Of a stretch of 32,000 nt of DNA, positions 31,036 to 32,000 are shown piece after piece. Each line of letters starts with the position of its first letter. Within the stretch, counting starts at the first letter, position 1. The translations under genes were made by a program, and so were the position numbers. A model generated the notes under the pieces. It was not told the origin of the DNA, did no database searches, and saw only the letters and a program-made list of their open reading frames with translations. The stretch is from Candidatus Hydrogenedentota bacterium (GTDB taxonomy: Bacteria; Hydrogenedentota; Hydrogenedentia; Hydrogenedentales; SLHB01): contig BTVY01000036.1 in the NCBI GenBank assembly GCA_045863335.1, positions 39,152-71,151 on the forward strand. Direction: 5' to 3'.

Positions 31036-32000
31036 TCAGTCAGGGTTTGCAATCACGGGTTGCGCCGTCCCGCCGCTCCAGGCTTCGTGAATCGCATTGA
31101 ATTCCTTTTCGATACTCGATAGCACTTCGATCAGTTGCGGGTCGAAATGCGTGCCGGCGTCGTTGACCATGATCCCCATGCTCTTCTCGTGGGAAAACCC
31201 TTCCTTGTAGCACCGCTTGGACCGCAATGCGTCGTACACATCCGCAATCGCCATGATACGTCCCGGCAGCGGAATGGCCTCGGCCTTCAATCCCAACGGA
31301 TACCCCATGCCATTCCACTTCTCGTGGTGCGAAGACGCTATAGCGATTCCCATGGCGAGGAACGCGTTGTCCGGATACTGCGCGCTGACACGCCGGAGTG
31401 TTTCAGCGCCAAATTCCGCGTGCCGCTTCATCGTCTCGAACTCTTCATCCGTGAGTTTGCCCGGCTTCCGCAGTATGGCGTCGGAAATCGCGACTTTGCC
31501 GATATCGTGCAACGGCGCCGCCTGGTAGATCGTCTCGACGTAGCTTGCATCGACTTCCCCAGGATACAACTTTCGCTTCAGCAAATGGGAGGCGAGGATC
31601 TTGCAGTACTCACGCGTTCGTTCGATGTGTTGCCCCGTGTCGTCGTCCCGTGCCTCCGCCAGCTTCGACATGGCCACGATGGTTGCCAGTTGGGCCCGGG
31701 ACACGCGCTCCTTCTCCCGCAGCACTTCCCGCATCTTCTCCTCAATCAGCGTGTACAGTTGCTGGTTGTGCAATTGCAGCTGCAATTGAAGAGCCCGCAA
31801 CTGCAAATGAGTCCGCACCCGCGCCTGAACTTCCGCGAATTGAAACGGCTTTGTCACATAGTCGACGCCACCGAGTTCGAATCCCTTCACGATGTCCTGC
31901 ACGTCGCTCATTCCGCTGATGAAGATTATCGGAATTTCGGCCAACTGGGAATCGTGCTTCAGCCGTTCGCATACCTCGTATCCGGACATGCCCGGCATGT
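31036..32000 (-). CDS. Response regulator receiver plus HD-GYP domain protein (RpfG-like c-di-GMP phosphodiesterase); 5' end beyond the window
   Basis: REC C-terminal half: MPGMSGYEVCERLK..IPIIFISG..GGVDYVTKPF. HD-GYP motifs: PLHDIGKVAISDAILRKPGKLTDEEFETMKRH, SHHEKWNGMGYPLGL, IADVYDALRSKRCYK. Confidence 0.88.
   Translation of the reverse strand, partial: MPGMSGYEVCERLKHDSQLAEIPIIFISGMSDVQDIVKGFELGGVDYVTKPFQFAEVQARVRTHLQLRALQLQLQLHNQQLYTLIEEKMREVLREKERVSRAQLATIVAMSKLAEARDDDTGQHIERTREYCKILASHLLKRKLYPGEVDASYVETIYQAAPLHDIGKVAISDAILRKPGKLTDEEFETMKRHAEFGAETLRRVSAQYPDNAFLAMGIAIASSHHEKWNGMGYPLGLKAEAIPLPGRIMAIADVYDALRSKRCYKEGFSHEKSMGIMVNDAGTHFDPQLIEVLSSIEKEFNAIHEAWSGGTAQPVIANPD

Overview
High-GC (by eye about 60-65%) bacterial chromosomal segment. 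The gene content (Tat-signal sulfatase, RAYT-type transposase, STAND/WD40 proteins, Pup/UBact-like tag) is reminiscent of PVC/Planctomycetota-like Gram-negative genomes, but that is inference only. The left 17 kb looks accessory. (i) A Pup/UBact-like 66-aa protein ending in GGE is followed, in the same frame, by a PafA/Dop-family ligase (minus strand, 2-1840); the ORF track misses the ligase because it runs off the left edge. (ii) A divergent NtrC-type AAA+ protein has its GAFTGA sigma-54 contact loop replaced. (iii) A frameshifted RAYT/IS200-like Y1 transposase is bracketed by three copies of a 20-nt REP-like hairpin. (iv) The best candidate for an undescribed system is a three-gene block: a SLOG-2xSLATT membrane protein (4891-6768), a ribokinase-like/AAA+/RyR protein (6899-9421) and, convergent with a 7-nt gap, a 2TM/2xTrkA-N/RyR protein (9429-11150). 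(v) A lipoprotein follows. (vi) A ~1240-aa DUF4062-STAND NTPase has a C-terminal alpha-repeat array containing a perfect 135-bp tandem duplication, and is followed by a stand-alone WD40 protein. The right 14 kb is mostly housekeeping: bactofilin, YugP-like Zn peptidase, YjbQ, radical SAM, GntR plus membrane protein, Dus, AraD, methyltransferase, RsgA, lipoprotein, sulfatase, REC-HD-GYP. Non-coding oddities are a 259-nt compound tandem array upstream of dus (13 heptamers plus 12 fourteen-mers; 11 of the 14-mers end in CCTCC, the last in CCTGC), smaller heptamer arrays, and a 172-nt MITE-like element with perfect 38-bp terminal inverted repeats. No rRNA, tRNA or CRISPR array was recognised. Many long ORFs in the track are antisense/shadow ORFs of GC-rich DNA and were rejected.
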